From Thermoplasmata archaeon (GTDB lineage: Archaea; Thermoplasmatota; Thermoplasmata; Lutacidiplasmatales; UBA184), in assembly GCA_035502475.1 (NCBI GenBank), contig DATJUJ010000001.1, positions 27,907-91,906 on the forward strand: a DNA stretch of 64,000 nucleotides, given 5' to 3'. The notes beneath the pieces are model-generated. The model was not told the DNA's origin and did not search any database. It saw only the letters and a list, made by a program, of their open reading frames with translations. Position numbers and translations under genes: made by a program. Shown piece by piece: positions 35,754 to 45,447 of this stretch (position 1 is the first letter of the stretch; each line of letters begins with the position of its first letter).

Positions 35754-36408
35754 GCGCCCGCCCCGTGGCGCAGAGGTCGGCGATCGGGCACTCGGGGCAG
35801 CGCGGCCGCCGGGGCCGGCACAGGTTCTGCCCGTGCTGGACGAGCAGCGGGTTGAGGGGGATCCAGTAGGCGCGCGGCACCACGCGCGCGAGCGCCCGCT
35901 CCGTCGCTTCGGGCGTCCGCGTGCGGACGACGCCGAGGCGGTTCGCGATCCGGTGCACGTGGGTGTCGACCGGGATCGCCGGGATCCCGTACCCGAACAC
36001 GAGCACGCAGTTCGCCGTCTTCGGGCCGACGTGCGGCAGGCTCACGAGCGACTCAAAGTCCCGGGGGACCTCGCCGCCGAACCGGTCGAGGAGCGCCTGG
36101 GCGCACGCCCGCACGCCCCGGGCCTTCATGCGGTAGAACCCGGTCGCCCGGATGAGCGGCTCGATCGCCTCGGCCCGGGCCCCCGCGAGCGCGCGGGCAT
36201 CCGGGTACCGCGCGAACAGGCGGGCGCTCGCGACGTCGGTGTTCGCGTCCCGGGTCCGCTGGGAGAGGATCGTGCCGACCAGGACCTGGAACGGGTCTTC
36301 CGCGTGGTCCCGGAGGTACGGGGTCCGCCAGTCGCCGGTCCGATAGAGGGCCGACAGGCGGTCGAGGACCGTCTCCCACGGGAACGGTACCGGCGCGGCC
36401 CGCCTCAC
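35551..36408 (-). CDS. nth: Endonuclease III (Nth) with a 72-aa Arg/Ser/Pro-rich C-terminal tail
   Basis: GTG 36408 overlaps the folC stop. LVGTILSQRTRD, HhH LPHVGPKTANCVL, VDTHVHRI, and Fe-S motif CRPRRPRCPECPIADLC. The first in-frame stop comes only at 35551, so the tail is antisense to the MFS 3' end. Confidence 0.85.
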   Translation of the reverse strand: MRRAAPVPFPWETVLDRLSALYRTGDWRTPYLRDHAEDPFQVLVGTILSQRTRDANTDVASARLFARYPDARALAGARAEAIEPLIRATGFYRMKARGVRACAQALLDRFGGEVPRDFESLVSLPHVGPKTANCVLVFGYGIPAIPVDTHVHRIANRLGVVRTRTPEATERALARVVPRAYWIPLNPLLVQHGQNLCRPRRPRCPECPIADLCATGRALRAGRDPPRAEDRPPRPRARSRAARPGRRASRRSPPRSPPSRRSTTSPRRSSRTGTAPARRRRAGSS

Positions 36409-37832
36409 GACTGCCGTCCTCCGACGGCCGGGACCGACTCCGTGCCGGGGTCCGAGAGGTCCGGCTCGTCCGGCGCCGCCCCCTCCCGTCGCACGAGCTC
36501 GCCGATGAGGTAGTCGCTGCCGACGACGAGCGTGAACCCGTCCGGCCCGGTCGCCGCCCGGGCCACGCGCACGCCTTGCTCCACGTCCGGCGCGAGGACG
36601 ATCCGGGGGAACCGGCCGACCCCGGCGACCCGAAGCTCCGCGGGCGGCACGGCGCGCTCCGAGCGCACGGGAACGACGACGAGGGTCCGGGCGAGCGGCG
36701 CGAGCGCGTCCAGGATCCGCTCGACGTCCTTGCCCCGCAGCACGCCGAAGACGATCGCGCACTCGGACGGGTCCGCGAGCGGCGCGATCTCCGCGAGGCT
36801 CTGCGCGACCGCGCGGGCGCTCTCGGGGGTGTGCGCGACGTCGTAGTAGAGCTCCGGCCGCCGGGCGACGCGCTCGAGGCGGCCCCGCCAGCGGACGTCG
36901 GCGAGACCCGCGCGCACCCGGTCGGGATCGATCGAGCGCCCCGTCGCGGCGGCGAAGCGGACCGCCGCGCCGATCGCGAGCGCGGCGTTCCCCGGCTGGA
37001 ACCGCCCGAGCAGCGGCAGGCGGACCGCGTCGAACGTCGCGCCCGGGACGCGCACCCGGAACGTCTGGCCCTCCGCGTCGAGGCGCCGCTCGTCGACCCG
37101 GACCTCCGTCCCGAGGCGCCAGAGCGGGACGCCGAGGCGGCCGGCTTCGGCCTCGACCGTGGCGAGGGCGTCCGGGGGAAGCTCGCCGACGACCCCGGTC
37201 ATGCCGGGGTGGAAGATGCCGGACTTCTCGCGGGCGATCGCGGAGCGGGTCGACCCCAGGAGCTCCGTGTGCTCGAGCTCGATCGTCGTCACGACGCCGA
37301 CGCGCGCATCGAGCACGTTCGTCGAGTCGAGCCGCCCGCCCATGCCGACCTCCACGACCGCCGCGTCGACCCGGCGTCGCGCGAACCAGTCGAGGGCGAT
37401 CGCGGTCGTGACCTCGAAGAACGTCGGCGCGTGGTCGATCGTGCCGGTCGCCTCCAGCCGTTGGGCCGCCGCGTCGACCCGCTCGACCCCCGCGACGACC
37501 TCGCGGGCCCCGATCGACCGGCCATCGATCTGGATCCGCTCGCGGTAGCTCGCTAGGTGCGGGGAGGTGAACCGGCCCGTCCGCAGCCCGTGGGCGCTCA
37601 GGATCGCGGCGGTCATCGCCGCGACGGACCCCTTGCCCTTGCTGCCCGTGATGTGGACGGCGGGGTAGGTGCGCTCCGGATGCCCGAGGGCCTCGAGGAG
37701 CCCCCGAATTCGTTCGAGCCCCGGACGCAGGCCGAAGCGACGGCGGCGGTAGAGGCCGTTGAGCGCGGCCCGGTAGCGGTCCCGCCCACCAGGCACCGGG
37801 CGGCCGTCGGCCTCGGGGATTCGGTCGGTCAC
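36405..37832 (-). CDS. folC: Folylpolyglutamate synthase/dihydrofolate synthase (Mur ligase family)
   Basis: 475 aa with HITGSKGKGSV (P-loop). The overall layout is FolC-like. Confidence 0.85.
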   Translation of the reverse strand: MTDRIPEADGRPVPGGRDRYRAALNGLYRRRRFGLRPGLERIRGLLEALGHPERTYPAVHITGSKGKGSVAAMTAAILSAHGLRTGRFTSPHLASYRERIQIDGRSIGAREVVAGVERVDAAAQRLEATGTIDHAPTFFEVTTAIALDWFARRRVDAAVVEVGMGGRLDSTNVLDARVGVVTTIELEHTELLGSTRSAIAREKSGIFHPGMTGVVGELPPDALATVEAEAGRLGVPLWRLGTEVRVDERRLDAEGQTFRVRVPGATFDAVRLPLLGRFQPGNAALAIGAAVRFAAATGRSIDPDRVRAGLADVRWRGRLERVARRPELYYDVAHTPESARAVAQSLAEIAPLADPSECAIVFGVLRGKDVERILDALAPLARTLVVVPVRSERAVPPAELRVAGVGRFPRIVLAPDVEQGVRVARAATGPDGFTLVVGSDYLIGELVRREGAAPDEPDLSDPGTESVPAVGGRQS

Positions 37833-37854
37833 GGGGTTCCGGGCGTGGGGGGAC

Positions 37855-39567
37855 TCAGTACATCGACCGCTCGCGGTACCGGCCGAAGACGTCCTGGAAG
37901 GCCCGGACGATCTCGCCCAGCGTCGCGCGCGCCTTAAGCGCGTCGAGCACCGCGGGCATGGTGTTGGTCGCGGGGTCCTCGGCTGCGCGACGGACGCGCT
38001 CCAGGGCTCGCGCGTGACGGCGCGGGTCGCGTCGGGACCGCAGGGCCTTGAGCCGGCGGGACTGCAGGGCCCGGGCCTCCTCGGAGATCTTGAGGCGGGG
38101 CACGGCGACCGGCGCGTCGGCAGCGTAGGCGTTAACGCCGACGATCTTCTCGGTGCCGGCCTCGACGTCGCGCTGGTAGCGGAACGAGGCCTCCTGGATC
38201 TCGCGCTGGAAGAACCCCCGCTCGATGCCGGCGATGACGCCGCCCATCTCGTCGATCGCGTCGAAGTACTTCCGGGCCTCCGCCTCCATCGTGTCGGTGA
38301 GCCACTCGACGTAGTAGCTGCCGGCGAACGGGTCGACGCTGTCCGCGACGCCGCTCTCGTGGGCGAGGATCTGCTGGGTACGCAGCGCGATGCGCACGGC
38401 GTCCTCGCTCGGGAGCTGGAGCGCCTCGTCGTACGAGTTGGTGTGCAGCGACTGGGTCCCGCCGAGGACGCCGGCGAGCGCCTGGACCGTCGTGCGCACG
38501 ATGTTGAGCTCGGGCTGCTGGGCCGTGCACGAGCAGCCGGCCGTCTGGGTGTGGAACCGCAGCCAGAGCGATCGGTCCTTCTTCGCGCCGAACTCGTCCC
38601 GCATCACCGTCGCCCAGAGGCGGCGGGCCGCGCGGAATTTCGCGATCTCCTCGAAGAAGTCGTTGTGCGAATTGAAGAAGAAGGAGAGACGGGGCGCGAA
38701 CTCGTCGACGTCGAGCCCGCGCGCGACCGCGTCGGCCACGTACGCTCGCCCGTCGGCGAGCGTGAACGCGAGCTCCTGGACGGCCGTCGACCCCGCTTCG
38801 CGGATGTGGTAGCCCGAGATCGAGACGGGGTTCCAGCGCGGCGTGTGCTCGGAAGCGAACTCGATCGTGTCCGTGACCAGACGGAGCGCGGGCGCCGGCG
38901 GGTAGAGGAACTCCTTCTGCGCGATGTACTCCTTCAAGATGTCGTTCTGGGTGGTGCCGCCGAGCCGGGACCAGGCCACGCCGCCCGACCGGCCGGCGAG
39001 GAGGTACATCCCCCAGACGATGTTCGCCGGCGCATTGATCGTCATGCTCGTCGTCACCTGGGCGAGCGGGATCCCCGCGAGCAGCCGCTCCATGTCCTCG
39101 AGCGAGCCCACGTTGACCCCGCACTTTCCGACCTCCCCGAGCGCTTCGGGGTCGTCCGCGTCGATCCCGTAGAGCGTCGGATCGTCGAACGCGATCGAGA
39201 GCCCTGACTCCCCGTGCTGAAGGAGGTAGCGGAACCGTCGGTTCGTGTCCTCGGGTGAGCCGAAGCCCGAGAACATGCGCATCGACCAGAGCCGGCCGCG
39301 GTACATCGTGGGGTGCACCCCCCGGGTGAACGGGAACTCGCCGGGCGCGCCGATCCGCTCGGGTCCGGACCGAAGGGAACGGGGCGTGTAGATGCGATCC
39401 ACGGGGATGCCGCCCAGCGTCCGGAACGTCTCCTTGCGCTCGGCGTTCTTCGCGAGCGCCGGGCCGAGGACCTGGGCCTCCCAGCGGCGGGTCCGATCGC
39501 GCACCGGATCGCCCGAGTCGGCGGGCGGTCCGCGGTCTGCCGAACGGACGGTGGGTCGTGCGGCCAT
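37855..39567 (-). CDS. Methylmalonyl-CoA mutase, large (catalytic, N-terminal) subunit
   Basis: 570 aa, GEFPFTRGVHPTMYRGRLWSMRMFSGFG, TQNDILKEY, SISGYHIREAG. Confidence 0.92.
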   Translation of the reverse strand: MAARPTVRSADRGPPADSGDPVRDRTRRWEAQVLGPALAKNAERKETFRTLGGIPVDRIYTPRSLRSGPERIGAPGEFPFTRGVHPTMYRGRLWSMRMFSGFGSPEDTNRRFRYLLQHGESGLSIAFDDPTLYGIDADDPEALGEVGKCGVNVGSLEDMERLLAGIPLAQVTTSMTINAPANIVWGMYLLAGRSGGVAWSRLGGTTQNDILKEYIAQKEFLYPPAPALRLVTDTIEFASEHTPRWNPVSISGYHIREAGSTAVQELAFTLADGRAYVADAVARGLDVDEFAPRLSFFFNSHNDFFEEIAKFRAARRLWATVMRDEFGAKKDRSLWLRFHTQTAGCSCTAQQPELNIVRTTVQALAGVLGGTQSLHTNSYDEALQLPSEDAVRIALRTQQILAHESGVADSVDPFAGSYYVEWLTDTMEAEARKYFDAIDEMGGVIAGIERGFFQREIQEASFRYQRDVEAGTEKIVGVNAYAADAPVAVPRLKISEEARALQSRRLKALRSRRDPRRHARALERVRRAAEDPATNTMPAVLDALKARATLGEIVRAFQDVFGRYRERSMY

Positions 39568-39614
39568 TCGGGCGTGGGAGGTCTACGGGCAGTATAAACC
39601 CGGAGGCCCGCCCG

Positions 39615-40328
39615 CTAGCGAGGGCGGGGGCGGACGGGCGCGGTCCCCTGCGCCCCGTGCGCGACGAGGTGCGCCGCGCGGACGACGAGGCGGGCGGTGG
39701 AGGGCGTTCGGACCGTCTCCGTCCGGTCGAACTCGAGGCGCGACGAGAAGAACGGGGCGTCGACGACCAGGGTCTCGAACTCGCCGCCCTCGCCGGCGAC
39801 GTGCACCCGGCGCACGGTCCGACTGAGCCGTTCGAGCTCCTCGAGCAGCGTCCGGTCGAGCCGACGCCCGAGCAGCTCGGGCGCGAGGGGCTCGGCGGCC
39901 AGGTGGACGAGCCGGATGTCGAGGCCCGCCGCGATCTCTTCGCGGACCACGCGCCCCGGATCCTTCCGCCAGAGTGGCGTGTAGATCCGTCGGCCGACCC
40001 GGTCTCCGGCCCGAAGGAGTCGCGCCCACTGGTAGGACGACTCGATCGCCCCCGCCACGACCGGGCCGTGCGCGCCTGCGATCGCGGACTCGAGGGCCGC
40101 TTGCTCGGCCTCCTCGGTCGCGCCGGCGACCGGGACGGTGCGGTGCCGCTTCCCCCAGGCGGCGGCCTGCAGCGCGACGAGGTCGAGGTTCGGGGTGTGG
40201 AACATCATGGAGTCGGGGTCGACCGGCTTCAGCGTCACGAGCTCGTCCACCGGCCAGCCCTGCGTGTCGCCGAGGTACGCCGCGTAGATCGAGTCCTTCC
40301 CGCCCGAGACGAGCGCGGTCGTCGTCAT
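39615..40328 (-). CDS. dph6: Diphthine--ammonia ligase (Dph6, MJ0570-family PP-loop ATPase)
   Basis: MTTTALVSGGKDSIYAAY, MMFHTPN, AGAIESSYQWARL, YTPLWRKDP, GEGGEFETLVVDAPFF. I chose the internal ATG at 40328. Confidence 0.8.
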   Translation of the reverse strand: MTTTALVSGGKDSIYAAYLGDTQGWPVDELVTLKPVDPDSMMFHTPNLDLVALQAAAWGKRHRTVPVAGATEEAEQAALESAIAGAHGPVVAGAIESSYQWARLLRAGDRVGRRIYTPLWRKDPGRVVREEIAAGLDIRLVHLAAEPLAPELLGRRLDRTLLEELERLSRTVRRVHVAGEGGEFETLVVDAPFFSSRLEFDRTETVRTPSTARLVVRAAHLVAHGAQGTAPVRPRPR

Positions 40329-40339
40329 CGGGGACGATC

Positions 40340-42646
40340 CTAGGGGAGCCCCAGGGCGCCACGCCAGCGCGGGTAGAGCCGCGCCAGGTCGATCCGGGCG
40401 CGCTCGCGTCCCTCCCATCGGAGGACCCCGCCGACGGGGGTCACCGTGCCGAGCGGACGGGCCGCGAGGCCCCGGAACGCCGCCTCGAATCGCTCCACGC
40501 GGTCCTCGGGCACCTCGACGACGAACCGGGACGCGCCTTCGACGACGAGCGCCGACCCGGGCGCCTCCAGCCCGGTCGCGGACAGATCGACGTCGAACCC
40601 GAGCGACCCGCCGAACGCCATGTCGGCGAGCGCGACCGCGAGCCCGCCGTCGGAGACGTCGTGCGCGCTTCGGACCAGCCGCTCGCGCATCGCCCCGAGC
40701 AACGCCTCTCCGAGGCGGCGCAAGGCGGCCGGGTCCGGCGGCGGGATCCGGACCCCCGAGTGACCGTGCCGACGGGCCCAGAGCGACCCGCCGAGCTCGG
40801 GGCGGCTGCGGCCGAGCAGGTAGAGCGCGTTCCCGGCCTCCTTGAGGTCGCTCGTGACCGCGAGCGCGACGTCATCGACCACGCCCGTCGCGAGCAGCAC
40901 CGGGGTCGGCGGGATGGCGTGGCCCAGTCCGCCGTTGTAGAGACTCACATTGCCGCTGGGGACCGCAAACCCCAGGGCCCGGGCCCCGACGGCCAACCCC
41001 TCGGTCGCCGACGCGAAGTCGCCGAGCACCCGGGGATCCTCGGGATTGCCGAAGTTGAGGCAGTTCGAGAAGGCGTCCGGTCGGGCCCCGACGGCGTAGA
41101 GGTTCCGGGCCGCCTCCTCGACGACCGCGACCCCGCCCCCGGCCGGATCCTCCCGGCAGGCCCACGGCTGCGAGGCGGTCGCGATCGCCAGGCCCCGGGG
41201 ACTCGAGGGCCGGGGCTGAAGGACGGCCGCGTCCCCGTGCGACGGCGAGGCGACCCGTCCGTGGAGCGGTTTCACCACGGTCCGGCCCTGCACCTCATGG
41301 TCGTAGACGCGGAGCACGGGCTCGCGGGAGGCCGACTCGGGAGCCAATACCAGGGACTCGAAGAGGCCGAGGAGGTCGGCGTCGGGCACGCGGGGGTTCG
41401 CCGCGTAGCGTCGGGCCACCCGGCGCGTCGGTCGACGTAGAGGCGGTCGGTCGACCCGGAACCCGACCCGGAGGTGCGCGGCGGGTGCGCCGTGCCAGCG
41501 CAGGGTCTCGAAGGGGTCCTCCGTCACTTCCCCGACGTCGGTCGCCGGCACGTCGAACCGTCGGAACACCGCGAGCAGGGCCGGCAGGTCGTCCGCCGCC
41601 ACGTCGAGGATCATCCGCTCCTGGGACTCGGAGATCCAGACCTCCCACGGGGCGAGGCCGGTCTCCCGCAGCGGCACGCGGTCGAGGTCGATGCGCGAGC
41701 CGAGGCCTCCCGCGTGCACGAGCTCGCCGGACGCGGAAGCGAGACCTCCCCCTCCCAGGTCCTTGAGACCGCCCACGAGCCCGCGGTCGAACGCCTCGAG
41801 GCAGGCGTGGATGAGCGGCTCCTTCATGATCGGGTTGCCGAGCTGGACCGCCCCGCGGGACTCGCGCTCGCTCCGCTCGGTGAGCTCGCGCGACGCGAAC
41901 GCCACGCCGCCGATCCCGTCGCGTCCGGTGAGGCCACCGACCAGCACGAGGCGATGCCCGGGCGCGGTCGCCCGGTTCGGGCGGAGCCGCGCTCGGGGCA
42001 GGACCCCGACGCAGCCGACGTTCACGAGCGGGTTCACCGTGTACGACGGATCGAACGAGATCCCGCCCGAGACCGTCGGGACCCCGACCCGGTTGCCGTA
42101 GTCACGGATCCCCGCGATGACGCCCTCGGCCAGGTACCGAGGGGCCTTCACGCCCGCGGGCAGGTCGTGGCTCGGCAGGTCGAGCGGCCCGAAGAACAGC
42201 GGGTCGGTGAGCGCGATCGGCTTCGCTCCGACCGCGAGCACGTCGCGGAGGATCCCGCCGATCCCCGTGGCCGCCCCGCCGTACGGCTCAACCGCCGACG
42301 GGTGGTTGTGCGACTCGATCCGAAGGGCGTAGGCGAGCCCGTCGTCGAACGCCATCACGCCGGCGTCGCCGGTCCCGAGCACGCGGGCGTCCTCGCGCAG
42401 CGGGCCGAACGCGCGTCGGAGGAACGGTCGGGAGCTCTTGTAGCTGCAGTGCTCGCTCCAGCTCTGCGCGATCCCGGCGAGCTCGACGTCGGTCGGATCT
42501 CGCCGTTCCGCACGGAAGTAGGCCTGGAGCCGTCGCCAGTCGTCCGGGTCGAAGCCGAGGCCCTGCTCGTCCGAGCGACGGGCCAGCGCGCGTGCCGACG
42601 TTCGTCGCACGGGGACGACCGTGACCCCCTCCGCCCACTGCGCCAT
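40340..42646 (-). CDS. purL: Phosphoribosylformylglycinamidine synthase II
   Basis: 768 aa, SEHCSYKS, ESHNHPSAVEPYGGAATG. Immediately downstream of purS. Confidence 0.94.
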   Translation of the reverse strand: MAQWAEGVTVVPVRRTSARALARRSDEQGLGFDPDDWRRLQAYFRAERRDPTDVELAGIAQSWSEHCSYKSSRPFLRRAFGPLREDARVLGTGDAGVMAFDDGLAYALRIESHNHPSAVEPYGGAATGIGGILRDVLAVGAKPIALTDPLFFGPLDLPSHDLPAGVKAPRYLAEGVIAGIRDYGNRVGVPTVSGGISFDPSYTVNPLVNVGCVGVLPRARLRPNRATAPGHRLVLVGGLTGRDGIGGVAFASRELTERSERESRGAVQLGNPIMKEPLIHACLEAFDRGLVGGLKDLGGGGLASASGELVHAGGLGSRIDLDRVPLRETGLAPWEVWISESQERMILDVAADDLPALLAVFRRFDVPATDVGEVTEDPFETLRWHGAPAAHLRVGFRVDRPPLRRPTRRVARRYAANPRVPDADLLGLFESLVLAPESASREPVLRVYDHEVQGRTVVKPLHGRVASPSHGDAAVLQPRPSSPRGLAIATASQPWACREDPAGGGVAVVEEAARNLYAVGARPDAFSNCLNFGNPEDPRVLGDFASATEGLAVGARALGFAVPSGNVSLYNGGLGHAIPPTPVLLATGVVDDVALAVTSDLKEAGNALYLLGRSRPELGGSLWARRHGHSGVRIPPPDPAALRRLGEALLGAMRERLVRSAHDVSDGGLAVALADMAFGGSLGFDVDLSATGLEAPGSALVVEGASRFVVEVPEDRVERFEAAFRGLAARPLGTVTPVGGVLRWEGRERARIDLARLYPRWRGALGLP

Positions 42647-42650
42647 CGCT

Positions 42651-42917
42651 CTAGCGAGAGGCCGGGCGGACCGAGACCCGGTGGATCACCGGGTTGGCGA
42701 GCAGGCGTGCGACCGCCTCGTCGGCCCGGCGCCGCGCTTCCGCCGAGGAGACTCCGCGGAACTCGAGGTCGTAGATTCGGGCGGTCGCGACGCGAGTGAC
42801 GTCTCGAATTCCGAGAAGGCTGAGGGACTTTTCGATGCTCTCGGCCTCGGCGTCCAGGACCCCGGGCTTGAGTTCGACGCGGACCTCGATCCGGACCGGC
42901 GGCGTCTTTCCGGGCAC
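42651..42917 (-). CDS. purS: Phosphoribosylformylglycinamidine synthase subunit PurS
   Basis: 88 aa from GTG 42917: VRIEVRVELKPGVLDAEAESIEKSLSLLGIRDV...LLANPVIHRV. A GGGGAG element lies 4-5 nt upstream. The Cys-rich, lower-GC N-terminal part of the track ORF is rejected. Confidence 0.85.
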   Translation of the reverse strand: MPGKTPPVRIEVRVELKPGVLDAEAESIEKSLSLLGIRDVTRVATARIYDLEFRGVSSAEARRRADEAVARLLANPVIHRVSVRPASR

Positions 42918-43146
42918 CGAGCTCCCCGACGCTTCGTACCGATGGGCGCAGATAACGGTCACTGCAAACCGCGCGGACGAGCGCGACGTAGCGCGCTCAG
43001 CCTGAGCCCACGAACAGCACTGCACGTCCAGCATACAGACTGTATACAAGTCGTCCTTCCTCCTGGATAGCCAACGCGTGGACGCACGTCCGTTTTTGCC
43101 CTGGGACTCATTAACCACCCCGACGCCTTGCGCGACGGTGCGGTCC

Positions 43147-43737
43147 ATGCACATCCGGCCGGCGGAGCGGAGCGACCTCGAGGCGATCGTCGCGATCTAC
43201 AACCACTACGTGGAGACGAGCCCCGCGACCTTTGAGATTGCCCGCGTGAGTCCCGAGGACCGCGCCGTTTGGCTTGCGGAGCACTCGCGCCCCAGCCCGC
43301 ACCGAGCGTTCGTCGCCGAGGCCGACGGGGGCCTGCTGGGCTGGGCGACCTCGAGCCCGTTCCGCCCCCGGGCGGCGTACGGCACGACCGTCGAGGTCTC
43401 GGTCTACTGCCATCCCCTGCACCGGGGCGAGCGGGTCGGCTCGCGGCTCTACGGTGCGCTGTTCCACGCGATCGAGGGCGAGGATCTGGAGCGGGCGGTG
43501 GCGGGGATCACGCTCCCCAACCCGGGTTCGGTGGCCCTCCACCGGCGGTGGGGCTTCCGGTGGGTCGGCACGTTCACCCGAGTCGGACGCAAGTTCGGAC
43601 GCTACTGGGACGTGGCCTGGTTCGAGCGGCCGATGCGGTCGGCCGAGCCCGGGCCGAGCCTTTCCTCAGAGAGAGGGTCGACGGACCTCGCGTCCCCGGG
43701 CCTCGGTCGTGACGTCAGCGGCGCAGGCGCTAAGTAG
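43147..43737 (+). CDS. GNAT N-acetyltransferase (phosphinothricin acetyltransferase-like)
   Basis: MHIRPAERSDLEAIVAIYNHYVETSPATFE...HRGERVGSRLY...HRRWGFRWVGTF. I chose the internal ATG at 43147. Confidence 0.82.
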   Translation: MHIRPAERSDLEAIVAIYNHYVETSPATFEIARVSPEDRAVWLAEHSRPSPHRAFVAEADGGLLGWATSSPFRPRAAYGTTVEVSVYCHPLHRGERVGSRLYGALFHAIEGEDLERAVAGITLPNPGSVALHRRWGFRWVGTFTRVGRKFGRYWDVAWFERPMRSAEPGPSLSSERGSTDLASPGLGRDVSGAGAK

Positions 43738-43813
43738 GGGCGAGGTTCCCTTCCTTTTGGCGGAGGCGTCCGCCCGCCGGGTCACCCCGGCAAACCGCCC
43801 CCGGGCCAATGAC

Positions 43814-43839
43814 GCCTACTCCCGTAAGGAGGAGTAGGC
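43814..43839 (+). promoter_or_regulatory. Perfect 9-bp hairpin (GCCTACTCC-cgtaagga-GGAGTAGGC) that encloses the Shine-Dalgarno-like AGGAGG just upstream of the first gene of the membrane complex
   Basis: An inverted repeat read directly from the sequence. Its 3' arm ends 3 nt before the GTG at 43843. Confidence 0.4.
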
Positions 43840-43842
43840 GAG

Positions 43843-44799
43843 GTGAACCCGGTACCGCAGGTCGTCAACGTACTCCAGGCTCTCACGGTACTGCTGCTCT
43901 CCCCGCTTCTCGCGGGGATCGCGTCGCGCGCGAAGGCCTGGACCGAGTCCCGTCGGGGACCGTCGATCTTCCAGCCCTACCGCGATCTCGCGAAGTACCT
44001 TCGGAAGGAGACCCTCGTCCCCGACGGAGCGTCGCGGCTCTTCCTCGTCGCGCCGGTCGTGGCGTTCGGGGCGTACCTGGTGATCTCGGTGGTCGTCCCG
44101 ATCATCACCCCCTACCCGATCCCGTTCGCCGCCACGGTCGACTTCCTCGGCGGCGGCCTCCTCTTCGGCCTGGCCGGGGCGCTCACCTTGCTCGCCGCCC
44201 TCGATTCCGGCAGCAACTACGCCGCGCTCGGCGCGAGCCGGTCCGTCTCCTTCGCCGCCTTCGCCGAGCCCACGCTCATCATGGTGTTCTTCGCCGTCGC
44301 GGTGATCACGGGGACGAACAACCCGTACGTCACCAACAACCTGCTCGCGTCGTCGGTCTCCGCCTACGTTTCGCCGACGCACCTGCTGGTCACGGCGGCA
44401 TTCTTTCTCTTGCTGCTGGCCGAGACCGGCAAGCTGCCGGTGGAGAGCCCCGGGCTCATGGAACTCGGGATGATCGATGACGGGCGGATCTTCGAACATT
44501 CGGGGCGGGCCCTCGGGATCCTGCGGTGGAACGGTTGGCTGAAGCAGTTCCTCCTCTACTCGGTCTTCCTCAACGTCTTCCTGCTGCCGTGGGGGATGTT
44601 CGCCCAGCCGACGGTCTGGTTCGCGGTCGCCAACATCGGGGTCCTGTTCGCGAAGCTGTTGTTCCTCGTCGCCGTCGTCGTCGTCCTCGAAGCGACCGTC
44701 GCGAAGGTGCGCCTCTTCAAGATCCGGGACTTCCTCGCCCTTTCGTTCTCCCTCGCGATCCTCTCGGTCTTCGCCTTCGCCGTGCTGGGGGTGCCGTAG
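43843..44799 (+). CDS. NuoH/HyfC/HycD-like membrane subunit
   Basis: 318 aa, polytopic. ...RRGPSIFQPYRDLAKYLRKE... and LAETGKLP are as in formate-hydrogenlyase subunit 4 / NuoH. Confidence 0.82.
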   Translation: MNPVPQVVNVLQALTVLLLSPLLAGIASRAKAWTESRRGPSIFQPYRDLAKYLRKETLVPDGASRLFLVAPVVAFGAYLVISVVVPIITPYPIPFAATVDFLGGGLLFGLAGALTLLAALDSGSNYAALGASRSVSFAAFAEPTLIMVFFAVAVITGTNNPYVTNNLLASSVSAYVSPTHLLVTAAFFLLLLAETGKLPVESPGLMELGMIDDGRIFEHSGRALGILRWNGWLKQFLLYSVFLNVFLLPWGMFAQPTVWFAVANIGVLFAKLLFLVAVVVVLEATVAKVRLFKIRDFLALSFSLAILSVFAFAVLGVP

Positions 44800-45447
44800 T
44801 TGGTCAGCACGCCGGAGATCGTCGCCCTCCTCGGGGTAGGCATCTTGCTGACCGCCCTCTACCTTCAGTCGGAGTCGTTCGTCGACCCGCTCATCTCGGG
44901 GATCGCCGTCCAGTCGCTGCTGCTCGCCGCCCTGCTCGGGTGGCTCGCCTGGGTCGAGGGCAACGTCGACCTGCTGCTGCTCGCGACGCTCGCCGTCGGG
45001 ATCCGCGCGGTCTTCATCCCGTTCGTGCTGCGCCGTCAGATCCGGGCGTTCCGGTGGCGGGTGCGCGAGATCCACGCCGCGCACCGGGTGACGGGCCATG
45101 CGCTTGCGGCCGTCGCGCTCGCGATCGTGGCCTGGTTCGTGTTCCAGCAGACGCTCGCGTCCGTGTTCCCGCAACCGGGAGCGGCGCTCCCGTTCGTGCT
45201 GCTCGTCGAGGGGCTCCTCGTGCTCGCGACCCGGAGAAACACCATCGTCCAGGTGATCGGGTATCTCGAGGAGGAGAACGCGGTCGTCTACGCCGGGGCG
45301 CTGTTCGCCCGCAACTTCCCGTTGTTCGTCGAGGTCGTCGTCTTCCTCGACGTCCTGGGCGTCGTGTTGGTCGGGGTGATCCTGTCGATCCAGCGTGACG
45401 TCACCGGCACGCCCGAGGAGGCGTCGCTCGAGGAGCTGGCCGGATGA
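44800..45447 (+). CDS. HyfE-like small membrane subunit
   Basis: 215 aa, polytopic. TTG start directly after the upstream stop. IGYLEEENAVVY resembles HyfE. Confidence 0.65.
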   Translation: MVSTPEIVALLGVGILLTALYLQSESFVDPLISGIAVQSLLLAALLGWLAWVEGNVDLLLLATLAVGIRAVFIPFVLRRQIRAFRWRVREIHAAHRVTGHALAAVALAIVAWFVFQQTLASVFPQPGAALPFVLLVEGLLVLATRRNTIVQVIGYLEEENAVVYAGALFARNFPLFVEVVVFLDVLGVVLVGVILSIQRDVTGTPEEASLEELAG

